Assembly (NCBI RefSeq): GCF_036321535.1
Contig: NC_087438.1
Location: 1,552,001 to 1,616,000, forward strand
Origin: Camelus dromedarius
Lineage: Eukaryota
Length of the DNA stretch: 64,000 bases
Reading direction: 5' to 3'
The position numbers and the translations under genes were made by a program. The notes under the pieces are model-generated. The model did no database searches. It was not told the DNA's origin and saw only the letters and a program-made list of their open reading frames with translations. Positions 25,081 through 37,240 of this stretch are shown here, piece after piece (position 1 is the stretch's first letter; each line of letters starts with the position of its first letter).

Positions 25081-26485
25081 ACGCACCCCGGCCCCTTCCC
25101 GCACCACCGGCCCTGTTCTCCTTTTGACTCCGTGTCCTTCTGAAGAGCACCCCTCCGTCCCACGTCCCTCGCTGGTATCGGCGCAGAGTGTTGTGTCCAT
25201 TTGTGGAAGGAAATAAATTCCAGCAGGAGAAGGAAGTCACACGGGGGCTGGTGCTGGGCAAGATGAGAGAGCTCTGATGAAGCAGTGTCAGCCCGCCGCC
25301 CTGCTGCCCGGGGAACCTAAGTCAGTCGGGAGGTCGGCTTCGCCCTGCGGCGTCTGAGAGCAAGGCTGGGTGTGCTCCTGCCGCTGCAGGTGTCCACGAC
25401 CTTCAGACGAGCCAAGCTCCGCCTCTCAGCTCTCGGACCCACGGCTCGCTCAGCACCTACGTCCCGGCTGGCGACCAGCATGCCGGCCTCCTGGGCGGCA
25501 CCTCGCCACACGGAGACGCGGGTCATGTAGGACGGCCGCCAGCTCCAGGGGATCTGGAGCCAAGAGTCCCCAGAGCATGGAAATGGCAGCAAAAGCGGGC
25601 TCGCTGTGAGACCCCCTCTGCAGACGAGATGAGGACGCAAACCCGAAGGCAGAGCTGGGAGCTCCCGCGAGAGAAAGATCACAGCGGGTGCTGCCGACGT
25701 GTTTCCTCACTCCTTGCTCCGAATGGATGCGGCCGGGCGGGGGCTGTGGTCACCGGGGCGGGAGGGAGAGGAGCATGCCCACAGGAGGCCGGACAGACGC
25801 ACGTGGCGGACGGAGCGTGGCAGCGGCGTCTGCAGCAGACGGTTCCCAGGGGGACCGAAGGCATCGCCTTGTGACTTCCTCCGTGGTGGTCGCCGAGTCG
25901 CGCTCGTGCACGGGCCCAGACACGCTGCTGTCTCACGGGGGCTGCGCTCACGGGAGTCAGCCTCGTGTGAACATGTCCCCGGGGGCGGCTGGCTTCCAGT
26001 CAACATTCGTGGGGCCACACCCACGGTCACCCTGTCACAGGAAAGGGCAGCCCTGCCCGGGCGGAACGCCTCGGGGCGGCACGAAGCCCCGGCCAGCGCC
26101 CGCGCACCCGGCACGACTGGGCGGGACCCCGCGGGGTGCTGTGAGGGGCGCCCCACACGGGACGCCTGCCGTGGGAAGCCTCTGCTGTCGGCTCAGCGCT
26201 TCTCCTGTGCTTCCACTGCTTCACTCGTTTTCTCACTATTTTCACTGATAAGGCAAGCAGTGAATTTGTTTTTAATTAAATACACACACCGTGGAGATGT
26301 TTACTTCACTCCTTCTCACTAAAAATCCAAACAGGTGCCTTGGTACATAAGTAGACGCTGAAGTTCAGGCAAGACTGCATTCTTGACTGCGTATTTCCTA
26401 TTTGTTAAGACTTCAATTTAAAGCTTCTGGGTGAACTCTCACTTTATTTCTCATGTCAGAATGTGAGTGTCCACATTACAATCAG

Positions 26486-26580
26486 GCCCCCAGTCCCCCT
26501 AATGTTACAGCCGTGCTCCTGGTCCCCCCAATGTTACAGCCATGCCCCTGGTCCCCCTAATGCTACAGCCGTGCCCCCAA
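26486..26580. repeat. Minisatellite, ~3 x 29 bp
   Basis: unit ggtccccc(t/c)aatg(t/c)tacagcc(g/a)tgc(t/c)cct. Confidence 0.85.
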
Positions 26581-28984
26581 CCCCACAGTGTTCTCACATC
26601 TGAAGCCCAGACATCTGCCTGGTCTGAGCAGACAGGAGGGTGCGGGTAGGGAGGGCTGCAGGGGGCCTCTGTCCAGTGAGCTCAGGAGCCCAGCTGGGTC
26701 TGAACCCCCTTCCTCTGAAGCAAATGCCTGTGACACCTCGCAGACCTGTGGTGTCAGCGCCCCCCTCCCACGCGTGTGCCCAGCCCACTGTGGACGGCAG
26801 CACCGAGAAGTCAGTACCTTCCTGCTCAGCGCTTCCACCCAAGCTGCCCTGAGCTCTGTTCCTTGTGTAGTTGGTGGACATGGGGTCCTTTTGTGGGCAG
26901 ACAGATCTGCCCACTTATGGAGAGGCTGATAAACAGACACCAGCTCAAAGCAGTTGACAGGAGCTAAGCCTCCCTTTCCTCTGGCTTTGGCTCATCTCCC
27001 CGTGAATATTTAACCACATGGCTCCAGATTACAGACTCTAAGATCCACGGCTGTCCAGAAGTTCTGTCTCAGTCTCAGCCCGTCAAGGCGGCCGAGCCCA
27101 AGCCAGCGAGTGGGGAGAGGGGGTTAGCAGAGCTCTCGAGAGACCATCTGCTGACCGAGCCCCAGAAGTCAGTACCAGCAGTCTGCCTACCACATCCGGG
27201 ACAGGGACCGGGCGGGGAGGTCGTCAGAGTCCAACCCCATCGGACCAAGGGGCCGCTGCAGCCGGTGGCGCCTCCAGCCATAAGCTGGTGATGATGGAGG
27301 TCGAGGAGAGGAGGAGAGATGGCCTGTGTCTCACCCTCACCCTCCAGCCTCCTGCCGGCATCCGCCCGGTGTCTCCCGTGACCGTGGCGGGGCCAGCGGC
27401 TGGCGGGCAGAGGCCTGGAGGGCAGGCGAAGCCCGGCCGGAGGGGCGGGCGCCCACAGCCCAGCTCGGTTCGACAATATTTGCTCCACGTCCGCACCGCG
27501 GGTGGAGCCCTGCAGAGCTGCAGGGTGGCGCTGGCTGAGTCTGGGGCCCTGCTGCTGCCGGGAGGGCGTCGGTCCGCCGTGTCCCCAGGTCTTCGTCACT
27601 GTTTACAGCAAATGCTAGATTCGGAGTGTGTTTGTGACAGCCCCACGAGCAGCTCGTACTCTACCCGAGCGCTACGACCACGGGCCGTGACGGTGGCCTC
27701 CGTTCATCAAACCCTGCGTGACCATGTTCGAGTAATTCTGCTCCAGGGAGCTCATTTCAGCTCCAGAAACATTTCCCACAGGGGTGTCATGTGTGCCCCT
27801 GGGGCGAGGGCGGGAGGTGAGGTGCTGGGTGCCGTGGGCTCAGCCCAGGCAGCCCCCAGCAGTCTGCCTGTGATCCCTGGAGGTGCTGCCCCCCAGCACC
27901 TGGCGGTGAAGAGCCGAGGCCAGCTTGAGGCTGGATTCTGGACCTGAGGACTTTCTCGAGCCTCCACCCCATGGCCTTGAGCCTCGCTCTGTGTCTGGCC
28001 GGGATGACCTGGGACCACTGCCACCAGGACCACGCCTGCTCCCCCTTCCTTTGTGTTAGCGGACGAGAGCCTCTCCTTCACAAAAGGAGAGATTTCCCAG
28101 TCACCCTGACAAAGGATTGGACCCCCTGGGTCAGGAGCCCAGCCTGGAGGGTGAGCACTGGGAGGTTTTGCTGGTCCCTGGTGTCCAGGCTGGACGGAGC
28201 TGGCAGTGGACAGAAAGGAGGAGGATTCACCTGCCAGCAGAGCCCAGTAGCCCACAGGTCACTGGCGTTGTGTGCAGGACTGGAGCGACAGGCTTCAAAT
28301 CTCCCAGCTTGTGTAGACAATGCAGCACACAGTGAATGCTCAAAACACGTGTGTTAAGTTTCCAGGTGTGAAGGAGGGGGCTGACGAGTCCACAGGTCAC
28401 CCTGACAGACAGGCTGCATCTGACCTCCCAGCACGCTCCACCGTCACACCGTCACAGCCAGAAGGGGCACCAGTCTCCCAGGAGCGTGGGGCTCCGTCAT
28501 CTCCCTAGGGGCGTGAGCAATGTGCGCAAAAGCAGTGAGAGGACACAATCAAGGCAACTGCTTAATTGAACTGTTGTGTTTTCTCCACAATTTTAAACAA
28601 AACTATTCCTTTTGTCGACGTGCTGGCCCCAGCTGAGGGACAGACGAAGCCTCTGCCCACCAGCCCCGAGAAACCAGGTGGCAGGCATCTGCTTGGATTG
28701 CAACGAAAATTAGGAGGAAAAAAGCGACCTTGCCTAAATCAGCCCCTGGTGTGTGACGTGCAGGTGGGTCTGTGTGCACAGAGCTGTGTCCTGTGAAAAC
28801 AACAAACTGACAAATAAATACACAAACCGTTCAGAGATCAGGGACTACAAAGACAAAACAAGGCAGACCAATGACTCAGCAGGGCCAGAAAATGGTGTTC
28901 TCACAAGAAACAGAGTTAGGGAGCACAGAGGGTACGAGTCAACAGGAGAGAAGCTCAAAAGACAAGACAAAAGAGAAGGCGGCA

Positions 28985-29262
28985 CTGATCACCTGGGGAG
29001 GGAGGGGCCTGATCACCTGGGGGAAGGAGGTGGGTCTGATCACATGGGAAAGGGAGGGGTCTGATCACCGGGGAGGGGGGTCATGGTCACATGGGGAGGG
29101 AGGGGTCATGATAACCTGGGGGAAGGAAGGGTCTGATCACCTGGGGAGGGAGGGGTCTGATCACATGGGGGAGGATGGGATTTTGATCACATGAGGAGGG
29201 AGGGGTTGTGATCACATGGGGAAAGGAGGTGGGTCTGATCATGTGGGGAGGGGGGTCTGACA
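28985..29262. repeat. G-rich minisatellite, ~11-12 units of ~21-29 bp
   Basis: unit approximately tctgatcac(a/c)tggggagggagggg. Confidence 0.9.
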
Positions 29263-29839
29263 CACGTCGGGGAGACTGGGTGATGAGCGTGTTTCCAGGT
29301 GGAGCTGGAAACCAGCTGTAAGTGGGATGGACTTGAGAAAGAGCAAGACATGATTCCCACATACAAGGACGGGGCTGGCTGTTCCCTTGCAGACCTGGGT
29401 GGGCAGGTTAGCAGCACAGGGGACACGTGGGACGAGAGACGCAGGGAACTGCAGGTGGATCTGAGTCACCGGGAGGTGGTGCAGAGACCCAGGAGGGGAA
29501 ACCCAGGAGAGGACAGGGTTCTGGAAGGACACAGGGAGCAGTGATGGAAACTGGGCGAGTGACACAGTCCAGGGTGATGGCAGGGACAGACCCTCCTGAG
29601 GAAGCCCAGACCTGTGAGGTCAAGAGAACTGATCACACCAAAGCTCTGGTGGGACGGGGAGCCCCAGGGACAGTCTTAGCAGCATCCACAGAGGAAGACG
29701 GCTACCCGGAGAATGACGGGGACCAGCTGCAGACACTCAGAGCTCCGGCGGGGCCGGGGCCAGAGCAGAGCAGACGTGACTGTGGAGACACTGAGACCCC
29801 TTCCCTGAACTGTTAGAAAAGGGGCGGGGCAGATGTAGT

Positions 29840-30510
29840 GATGTTAAGACAAACTGACCTTCGCTGAAAAAATCACCAAAGGATGCACTCGAGTAAGGAG
29901 GAAATTAAACCCAAATGGGAAGGATTGGATACAAGAAGCAACAGTGAACAAAGAAAGAGGGGAAACGTTTGTTAAAACAAGTATGCTGTTCCCACAAGAG
30001 CAATAATCATCAAGACAATAAACTGGGGGGATAAGATGTGGCAGAGAATTACTGGAATAGTAACTTGGACGCTGAGAGGACCACGCCGGTGTGGGGTTCA
30101 AGGCAGCTACGCCAGTCAGCTTCAGACTTCTGCAGGCCAAGAGCGCTTGTCAACACGTTAAGGGCGACCATGGAAGGAATTTGAAGTGAAGACATGATTT
30201 ATACACTGACTGAGAGGATAAAGAAGAGTGAAGGTAATGCAATCAATGCAAGATGGAAACAGAAAAATTAAAAAGAGTAAAGAAATGGCGTGGAATGGTA
30301 GGCGCAGAGCGAGGCCGTGGAGGTAAAGACAAACACGGTGCTGAGCGTACATCAGTTATTCAAGACAGTTCTCAGATCGGATGCTCTAAAAAAAATCTAG
30401 TTACACGTTGTTACAAAGGAGCATACACAGCTCAAAATGGCACAGAAAGACTGAAAGCAAAGAGATGGATAAAAGACGGACAAGGGTTTCAATCAGATTC
30501 CCAAACGGAA
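29840..30510 (+). mobile_element. Old L1 ORF1 end, inter-ORF and ORF2 start
   Basis: gacagttctcagatcggat...ctagttacacgttgttacaaaggagcatacac...cacagaaagactgaaagcaaagagatggataaaaga follows the L1 EN start. Confidence 0.6.
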
Positions 30511-30979
30511 GCAGGTGGCACCCCGGGAGCAGCCTAACAGAGGAGCTGAGTGGCACATGAGCAGAGTGGGGTCTGGGGAGCCCGGGGGATGCCCAGTGCC
30601 CCAGCACTGGCTGAGGACGGACTCGGGGACGGAGCGTTTCCCAGAACCGGGAGAGAGAATCCTGGAGTTGGTCCTGATGGGATCAGCGAGAACTTAGAAA
30701 CATCTGGACACACCTGGCAGGAAGGGAGTCGGGAACAGTGCCCTGAGCCCACCTCCCGTGGGGGCCCCACCGGCCAGGACAGCAGGGGGCCTGGCGGTGA
30801 CCCACGTCACCCCCCGGGGACAAGGGGGCGGTGCTGGAGGGACACACACAAGTCCACACGCGGACACACCGTCACCTCTGGCCGGAGGAGACCGGCCCGA
30901 AGCTTAGCATCGGCTGAGGAGTGTGCGGACGAGTACGGGAAGTCATTTCTCCGAGAAAGTAGACAGCGCCCTCTCAGCA

Positions 30980-31170
30980 GGGCCGCCGGGGTCCCAGGCC
31001 CGCGCCGCCTGCCGCGTACCCTCAAACGCGTGCCGGAGAAGCAGACAGAACCGCGACGCGGAGCTCTCAGTCATGCTTGAGGGTGTCAGTCGCTGCCCTC
31101 AAACCCCAGCGGCTCGAGCAGGCGGTCTCCAGGGCTGCAGCGACGGTGCCAGGACACGCTGAGCGAGCCC
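30980..31170 (+). mobile_element. L1 endonuclease fragment, GC-shifted
   Basis: ccctcaaacgcgtgccggagaagcagacagaaccgcgacgcggagc...gtcatgcttgagggtgtcagt is collinear with 18125-18205 (catcagactgcatgagaaaaaagccaacagaactacaaggagaa...atcatagttggagatttcaac). Confidence 0.55.
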
Positions 31171-33439
31171 GCCCCAGAGTCCAGGAGAGAAGCCGAGGGC
31201 GGGCGCCGCTCCGGCCGCAGGGCCGCGTTCTCAGCGTCTCCCACGGGGACGCCCAGGACCTTGCATCCCAGGTTCCTTCTTCCCCTCTGGCGGCTTTGGA
31301 TGTATTATTTCCTGGAAGAATTGCTCAAGGAGACACGTGGGCATCCTCACCCTTCACGCCCCTGAGGCACAGCCGCATCCCGGTGCGGCTCATCCTCAGC
31401 CTCCCTCCAGCCTGTCCCTCCTCCCTCTGCCACCCGGCCTTGCTCCAGGCCCCTCCTCCCACCCGTGCCTTCTCCTGCCCCTTCTCCTGCCCCGGCCCTC
31501 TCCACCTGGGGTGTCCTCCCTCCAGCCTTCGGGGACCACTTTTCAAAGCATCACCTGAACACGGTGTCCCCACAGTGAGTCCCCAAGGGCGCCCTAGCCG
31601 GTGGGACCGGCCCTGACTCTTCAGCAGGTCGCATGGCTCTCACGCCTGTCCCTGAACGGGAACCAGAAGGGAACCCCATCCCGAACGACACTCCATGGGA
31701 CACACATCTTTGGGGGTTTGTGGTTGCTGTTGCTAACTGCCCTTTTGTTCTGGTTTGTTTGTTTTGCTCAGGGCCTTTTCACTCTCTCACGCTCGGGCAT
31801 ACAGCACAATCCAGCGTCGTCAGAGAGGCTCTGTCAGCCCTGGTCCCCGAGCAAGCCCAGACCCCCGCCGTCAAAAGCTGTGCTCGAGAAATCAAAGCGC
31901 ACGGGAGCTGGGACCCACTTAAATTCACTCCCCATCTCCGGCGCTGTCCTCTAGGAAACAGAACAGACGGACGCGCACACAGCCCCAGGGAGCACGGGGC
32001 TCTTCACCCCGGGGGTGCCAGCTGCCTGAACTCAGCTGCCACCTCCCCTCCCGTGGCCGCAGGATGCTCCGCGTGTAGTCCCATGTCACCTCCCGGTGCT
32101 GCCCGGTGGTGAAGGCGTGACCTGAGGGGAGTGGGCCTCAAGCAGGAGCAGCTCGGCCGTCTCTGCAGCGTCACCCTCGGAACCTCTTCCAGACAGCTGT
32201 CCCCTCGCCCACTCCCATGGCCTCCCCATCCCGTTAGAAACACAAGGCAAATGTTTCAAACATTTTCAAAGCAGGCACATGCCATTAAACAGCCACGGCA
32301 GTACGTGACCCTTCCTAACGACCCCGCAAGGTGTTGGTGCCAGTGGTGGGGACTGGCCCCCAGAGCCAGGCTCACACCCCAATTCACCAGAGGCCCACGG
32401 TGACATCTGGACCGATCTCTCTACATGCCGGGGTTTGGTTTGGTTTGGTTTGATCTGCTTTATTCAACGGGAGTCAAAGTTCCACCCACATCATGATTGT
32501 TCCAAGTGTTACACGTGGAGCACTCGGCACCGTGCTCAGAGCTGGCAGGATTCGACAAGAACTATTATTCTCCTGGGGTTATTACCGTCCACCAACACGA
32601 GCTTTCCGAGATAATTCTGCTATTCAGACGCTCAGGAATGACCACTGCTTCTCCACCAGTGATGAAGGGGAAGACGTCAGGTATCAGCCCGTCGATACCA
32701 CGTGTTTCCTCTTTTACAGGAGAGACGCATTTTTATCTAAAGATCGTTTTACAGAGATGCTAAGAAAGCCACGGAGGGGAGCAAAGGTTCTGTTTTGCAT
32801 TTAGCATCGAGATACGCCCCACTTTTGTCCCGTGATGCTCATTTGACCCCTGGAGCGTCTCTGTTAGGACTGGCTTCCCTGCACCTGAACGAGGAGCAGT
32901 GTCGCGTCAACACAGGGGCGCAAAGAGCATCGCAGAACACACGAGGGGTGCCGGTTCCCTGCAATGGCTTATCCCGGGGCTTAAGGTGCCTCTGGTCCCA
33001 GAAGTTTTGTCCCCTCGGTGCCTCTCCACCCCTCTGTCCGCCCGTCCGCCCGTCCGCTCACTGGCGCAGAGCACGCTCACTAAGCATCTGCTGCGCTGAA
33101 GCGCGCGCAGGGCTTTCTCTCCACTTGCGGCTGTGACACGCAGCTAAGGCTTCCGTTGGAGCCGCACAAACACGGGGAGGGTGTGAGGGCTCCTCAGCGA
33201 GCTTTCCTGAGGCTCAAGGGCAACAGAAAGAAATGGATATTTGAGATCTGGAGACACTGAGAGTGGGAGATGCGGCCTCAAGCGGAGCGAATCCCTAGTC
33301 CCTAAAGGTGCACCTGCCAGGAGCTTGTGGACAACAGAGTTGGGGGTCGCCAGGGCACCTCTTCTGTCCTGAGGGCCGGGGCATTTACAGAAGGAAGTGA
33401 GGACATGACAGACCGGAGCTGACGTCAGTTCAGCCGATC

Positions 33440-33830
33440 ACCGTGCTTCCTCGGTGTCTCTGCTCCGGACCAGGAATGACGGGACATCGCTGCACGTCTG
33501 AGACCTTCACAGGAGTTATCGCCTTGGCCATAAATTCAACAACTCTAGCAGAATGGGCCGAGTTCTGGACGAGCGCAAGGAGGACGTCCTGTGGAAGGAG
33601 GACGCTGACCTGAGAGCCCCTGCCTTCTAAGGTGCGGGCTCACGCCTTAGCGCCTCCGCACAGAGCAGCCTCCGGAATGCTGCCAGACACTGAAGGAAGT
33701 GACGGCTCTCGCTCTGCAGAAACCTTACAGGAAATAGGGAAGGAAGGAACACAGAGGACCTCATTCTGTGGGGCCTTCCATACACAGATAACAAAAGCAG
33801 GCAGAGACTTGGTGAGAAAAGTCCCGACCA
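33440..33830 (+). mobile_element. Old L1 ORF2 fragment (between EN and RT)
   Basis: ccataaattcaacaactctagcagaatggg...tgccagacactgaaggaag...aaaccttacaggaaataggg...ctcattctgtggggcc...ataacaaaagcaggcagagac. Confidence 0.65.
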
Positions 33831-33849
33831 TAAATACAGCCTGGAAACA

Positions 33850-34530
33850 GTTCGTACAACACCACGTCACAAAAACAGGCAACTCCATCAAAAATGGGCA
33901 GACGACTTGAACAGACATTTTTCCAAAAAAGACACAGAGAGGCCGACAGGCCCATGGAAAGACGCTCAGCATCACTAATTATCAGAGAAATGCAAATCAG
34001 AACCACAAGGCAGAGTCGCCTGGCGCCAGTCAGAACAGCCATCACCAAAAAGAGCACAAACACCAGATGCCGGAGAGGGTGTGGGGAGGAGGGGCCCCCA
34101 CCGTGCAGGCGGGGAGTGTGCAGCCGCTGCGGGGCAGCGTGGAGGCTCCTCACAAAGCTAAGAACAGAGCTACCATATGACCCAGGAATTCCACTCCTGG
34201 GTAAACATCTGGAAAAAATAAAAACGCTAATTGGGAAAGATATGTGCACCCCAATGTTCACAGCAACATTACTTACAAGAGCCAAGACATGGGAACAACC
34301 CAGACAAATGGATAGAGAAGCTGCGGTGCGTGCGTACAATGGAGCACTGCTCGGCCATAGGAAGGGTGAGACCCTGACGTCTGCAGCAGTGTGGATGGAC
34401 CGGGGGAATATTACGCTGAGTGAAGTAAGTCATAGAAACACAAATGCTGTATGATACCACTTACATGTGGAATCTAAAAGTAATACAGACAAGTGTACAT
34501 AGCAGAACAGAAATGACGCTTTAGGGAAAA
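33850..34530 (+). mobile_element. Younger L1 ORF2 C-terminus and 3' UTR
   Basis: ORF-track peptide SASLIIREMQIRTT...ELPYDPGIPLLG...DMCTPMFTATLLTRAKTWEQP...AAVWMD..NITLSEVS. Confidence 0.88.
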
Positions 34531-35739
34531 ATCATTTAACAGCCAGAAGATCTGATAATAATGAATGTCGTGTGCTGAAACCGTGAGACACCGCGTGCTG
34601 CGCCCCAGAGTGCACCTCACCCACTTGTCTGTGTCCTCCGAGAGAAGCGGTCACTGTTTTGGTGCAGGCCCACCGGGCAAAGTCTCTACCCGTGCAAACC
34701 CCGGCAGGACCCCCGAGCGGAGCCCGTCGCCCTGCCTCTGCCCGTGCCAGGGAGGCCGCCCCGGGCGCCCAAAGTCCGGTCATACATTCCCATGGCATCC
34801 TGGGAGAAAATGAGACTCGGTGACTTTCCAGAGTGTTCAGAGCTGCTTCCCCCCAAACGAAGTAGCCCTTCACCAGTAGAACACGCATTTTGTCTTGCAA
34901 GCTTCCTGGTTCGGGGTTCCTGGAGGTGAGCTGGCTCCGCCCGTCCACAGCCCTCCCGGAGCCGCCCGCCCGCAGAGAGGCCTCTGGAGAAGGCGTGTGC
35001 TTCCCGGCGCAGGGCCATGGGCTCCCGCCCCCTTCATTCTCAACCCTGCGGGCTCCTGCCAATTTAGTTTGACGCACACGGCCCCATGACTTTATCTCTT
35101 CTTGCAGCACTAAGCATTAATTTTGTTTCTGTGTGATACGTTATTTCCGATAGTCAGTAGCTTATGGGGGGGAAGATGCTTTATTAGTTAATAATTCTTA
35201 CCACATTACTTGGCTCATAACTGGTTTGCATATTTTTATAGGCCACCGAGCCACTGAATCAGAGGTAGAGAGTGGAAGCACGTATTTGCTTCTGGAAAGT
35301 TTGAAATGAGCCCAATAGCTTACGAAGGGTGAAGCCTTGACCATTTCGAGTATTTCAGTGCCACGTTTCCTTGGGCGCCTTCACGGGGCTGAAGGTTCAG
35401 TGGACCGGAAAGTGCGCACATCAATTACCACCAGAATAATTTGGAAAGGGAAATATTAGCCACCATATTTATAGCCGCTTGGCTGTATTCTTGGCGGCCG
35501 CCTGTACTGTTCGCTCTTCTTAAATCAGAATAGCACCGTGCAAAGGAGAACTGAGCAATAAAACATCAAAGGAAATGTAATGAGAGTTTGGTGATGCAAA
35601 AAATTGTCTCTTTTTCTTATTTAGGTCCTTTACCTGGAGGAATAACTTAGAATCTCTGTCATATGCTGCCACTAATGGGATCATAAAATTATAGTTGTCT
35701 CATTTCACTTCGCTGCCTTCCCAGGGATGCCGTCTTCCC

Positions 35740-35965
35740 GCTGCCGCGGGCTGAGCTGTGTCTCCCAGATTCCCACCTCCAGCACCTTAGAGCACGATGG
35801 CGTTGGAGATGGGGCCTTTAAGGCTGTGATCAGATTAAAATGTGCTCATTGGGGTGGGCCCTGATCCGATCTGACTGGTGTCCTTCTAAGAAGAGGAGAT
35901 CAGGACACAGACACACACAGAGGGACGATCATGCAAGGACACGGGGAGGAGACGGTCATCTGCAC
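35740..35965 (+). mobile_element. MaLR LTR 5' part (MLT1A/B-like)
   Basis: ttggagatggggcctttaagg...ggggtgggccctgatccgatctgactggtgtccttctaagaagaggagatcaggacacagacacacacagagggacga. Confidence 0.8.
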
Positions 35966-36859
35966 AGCATGACAGGACCGCCCCACCAGCCTGCGGCTGT
36001 GAATGGGGCCCTGGTCCCCCAAGCTCCTCTGAGCGCTGGTGGCCTCAGCCTCCTGCTGCAGAGGAAGCTGGCTTTCCTCGGGTGGCTCTGTGATGCACAT
36101 TGACTATGCGTCTATTTTTCCACACCCTTTAGATTGGCTTTTTTTTAAATGTAGAATGACAGATGTTGGCCAGGTGGCAGAGCAGTGAGCTTCGTTGCCC
36201 ACTTTTGGTGAAAAAGAAAAAGGATAAAGACTTTTTGGAATGCACTCGGACCGTATCGACTTTAAAAGGCTCTGGCTGCTGCATCTGGATGAATCCAGCC
36301 ATGTTACGGGGAGAACGTGGGAGCTGATGGAGCCCCACGCAGCATCCAGGGAGGGGTGCAGGGAGAGTTACGCACCAAACAGACAAAGGTGTGGGGCGCA
36401 GCATCACTGTGACCCCGAGAGACAAACTGCCTTTGGTCAAAATGCATCTCAGAACAGAGGGGAGACTCACTGTCCATCACTGTGGCATTGGGGGAGGGAA
36501 GGAAAGAGATTTTAGAAACAGAAATTGCTGGCCAGAGCTTCCCAGCATGGGGGGGGTGGGGGGGCTGCAGTACCTGCTCCTCCTGCTTCCCCAACGACGG
36601 CTTGGGTGCTCACCCCCATAACAAAACGGCGACAGCAACTTTACCTCGTCAAGGTTCTCAGATTCGCCCACGTGTCTCCATCACCCCAGCCACTGCGATG
36701 GTCTCCGGACTCTCTCTGATGCCACGTCTGCCCTCCTCCAGACACTCCTCAGCTTCAGAACTTATGACATCTCTGCTAGTTGGATAAACACCCTGTCTTC
36801 ATCCTGAACTGCAGGGATCCGACTTACCGGCTCCTGGCGACACCCCAGCCCCATCTCAC

Positions 36860-37240
36860 CTCACCTCCTCTCTCCGCAGGCTGCTCTGTGGTCTCTTGAA
36901 CACATGCTTTCCCTGCGACCTGAGGACCTTTGCACAAGCTCTCCCCTATGCCTGGAACCACGTATCCTTCCCATAGTGTTAAGTCTTCCAGGAAGACTTT
37001 CCGAGCACAGACTCAGTCATCTTGTTTAATGCTTTCAAAGCGCTCCCTCTTTCTCATTAAGGGAAGTTACCATACTTTAACTCGCCATTCGGTAGCTGAG
37101 TCCCATCAGTCCCAAGACATCTGTGTCTCAGCGGAATGTCAGCTCTGCCAGGACCAGGGCTCTGCATGGCCTCTGTTCTGTCTCCAGCCACTTACCAGAC
37201 ACTCACCAGTTACATGTTGAGTGAATGAATGAATGAGTCT
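36860..37240 (+). mobile_element. L2 3' region
   Basis: tcttgaacacatg...ggacctttgcacaagctctcccctatgcctggaac...gaatgtcagctctgccaggaccaggg...atgttgagtgaatgaatgaatg. Confidence 0.75.

Noticed and set aside
28985..29262. CRISPR-like array
   Set aside because: Head-to-tail variant units with no unique spacers, in a mammalian context with no cas genes.
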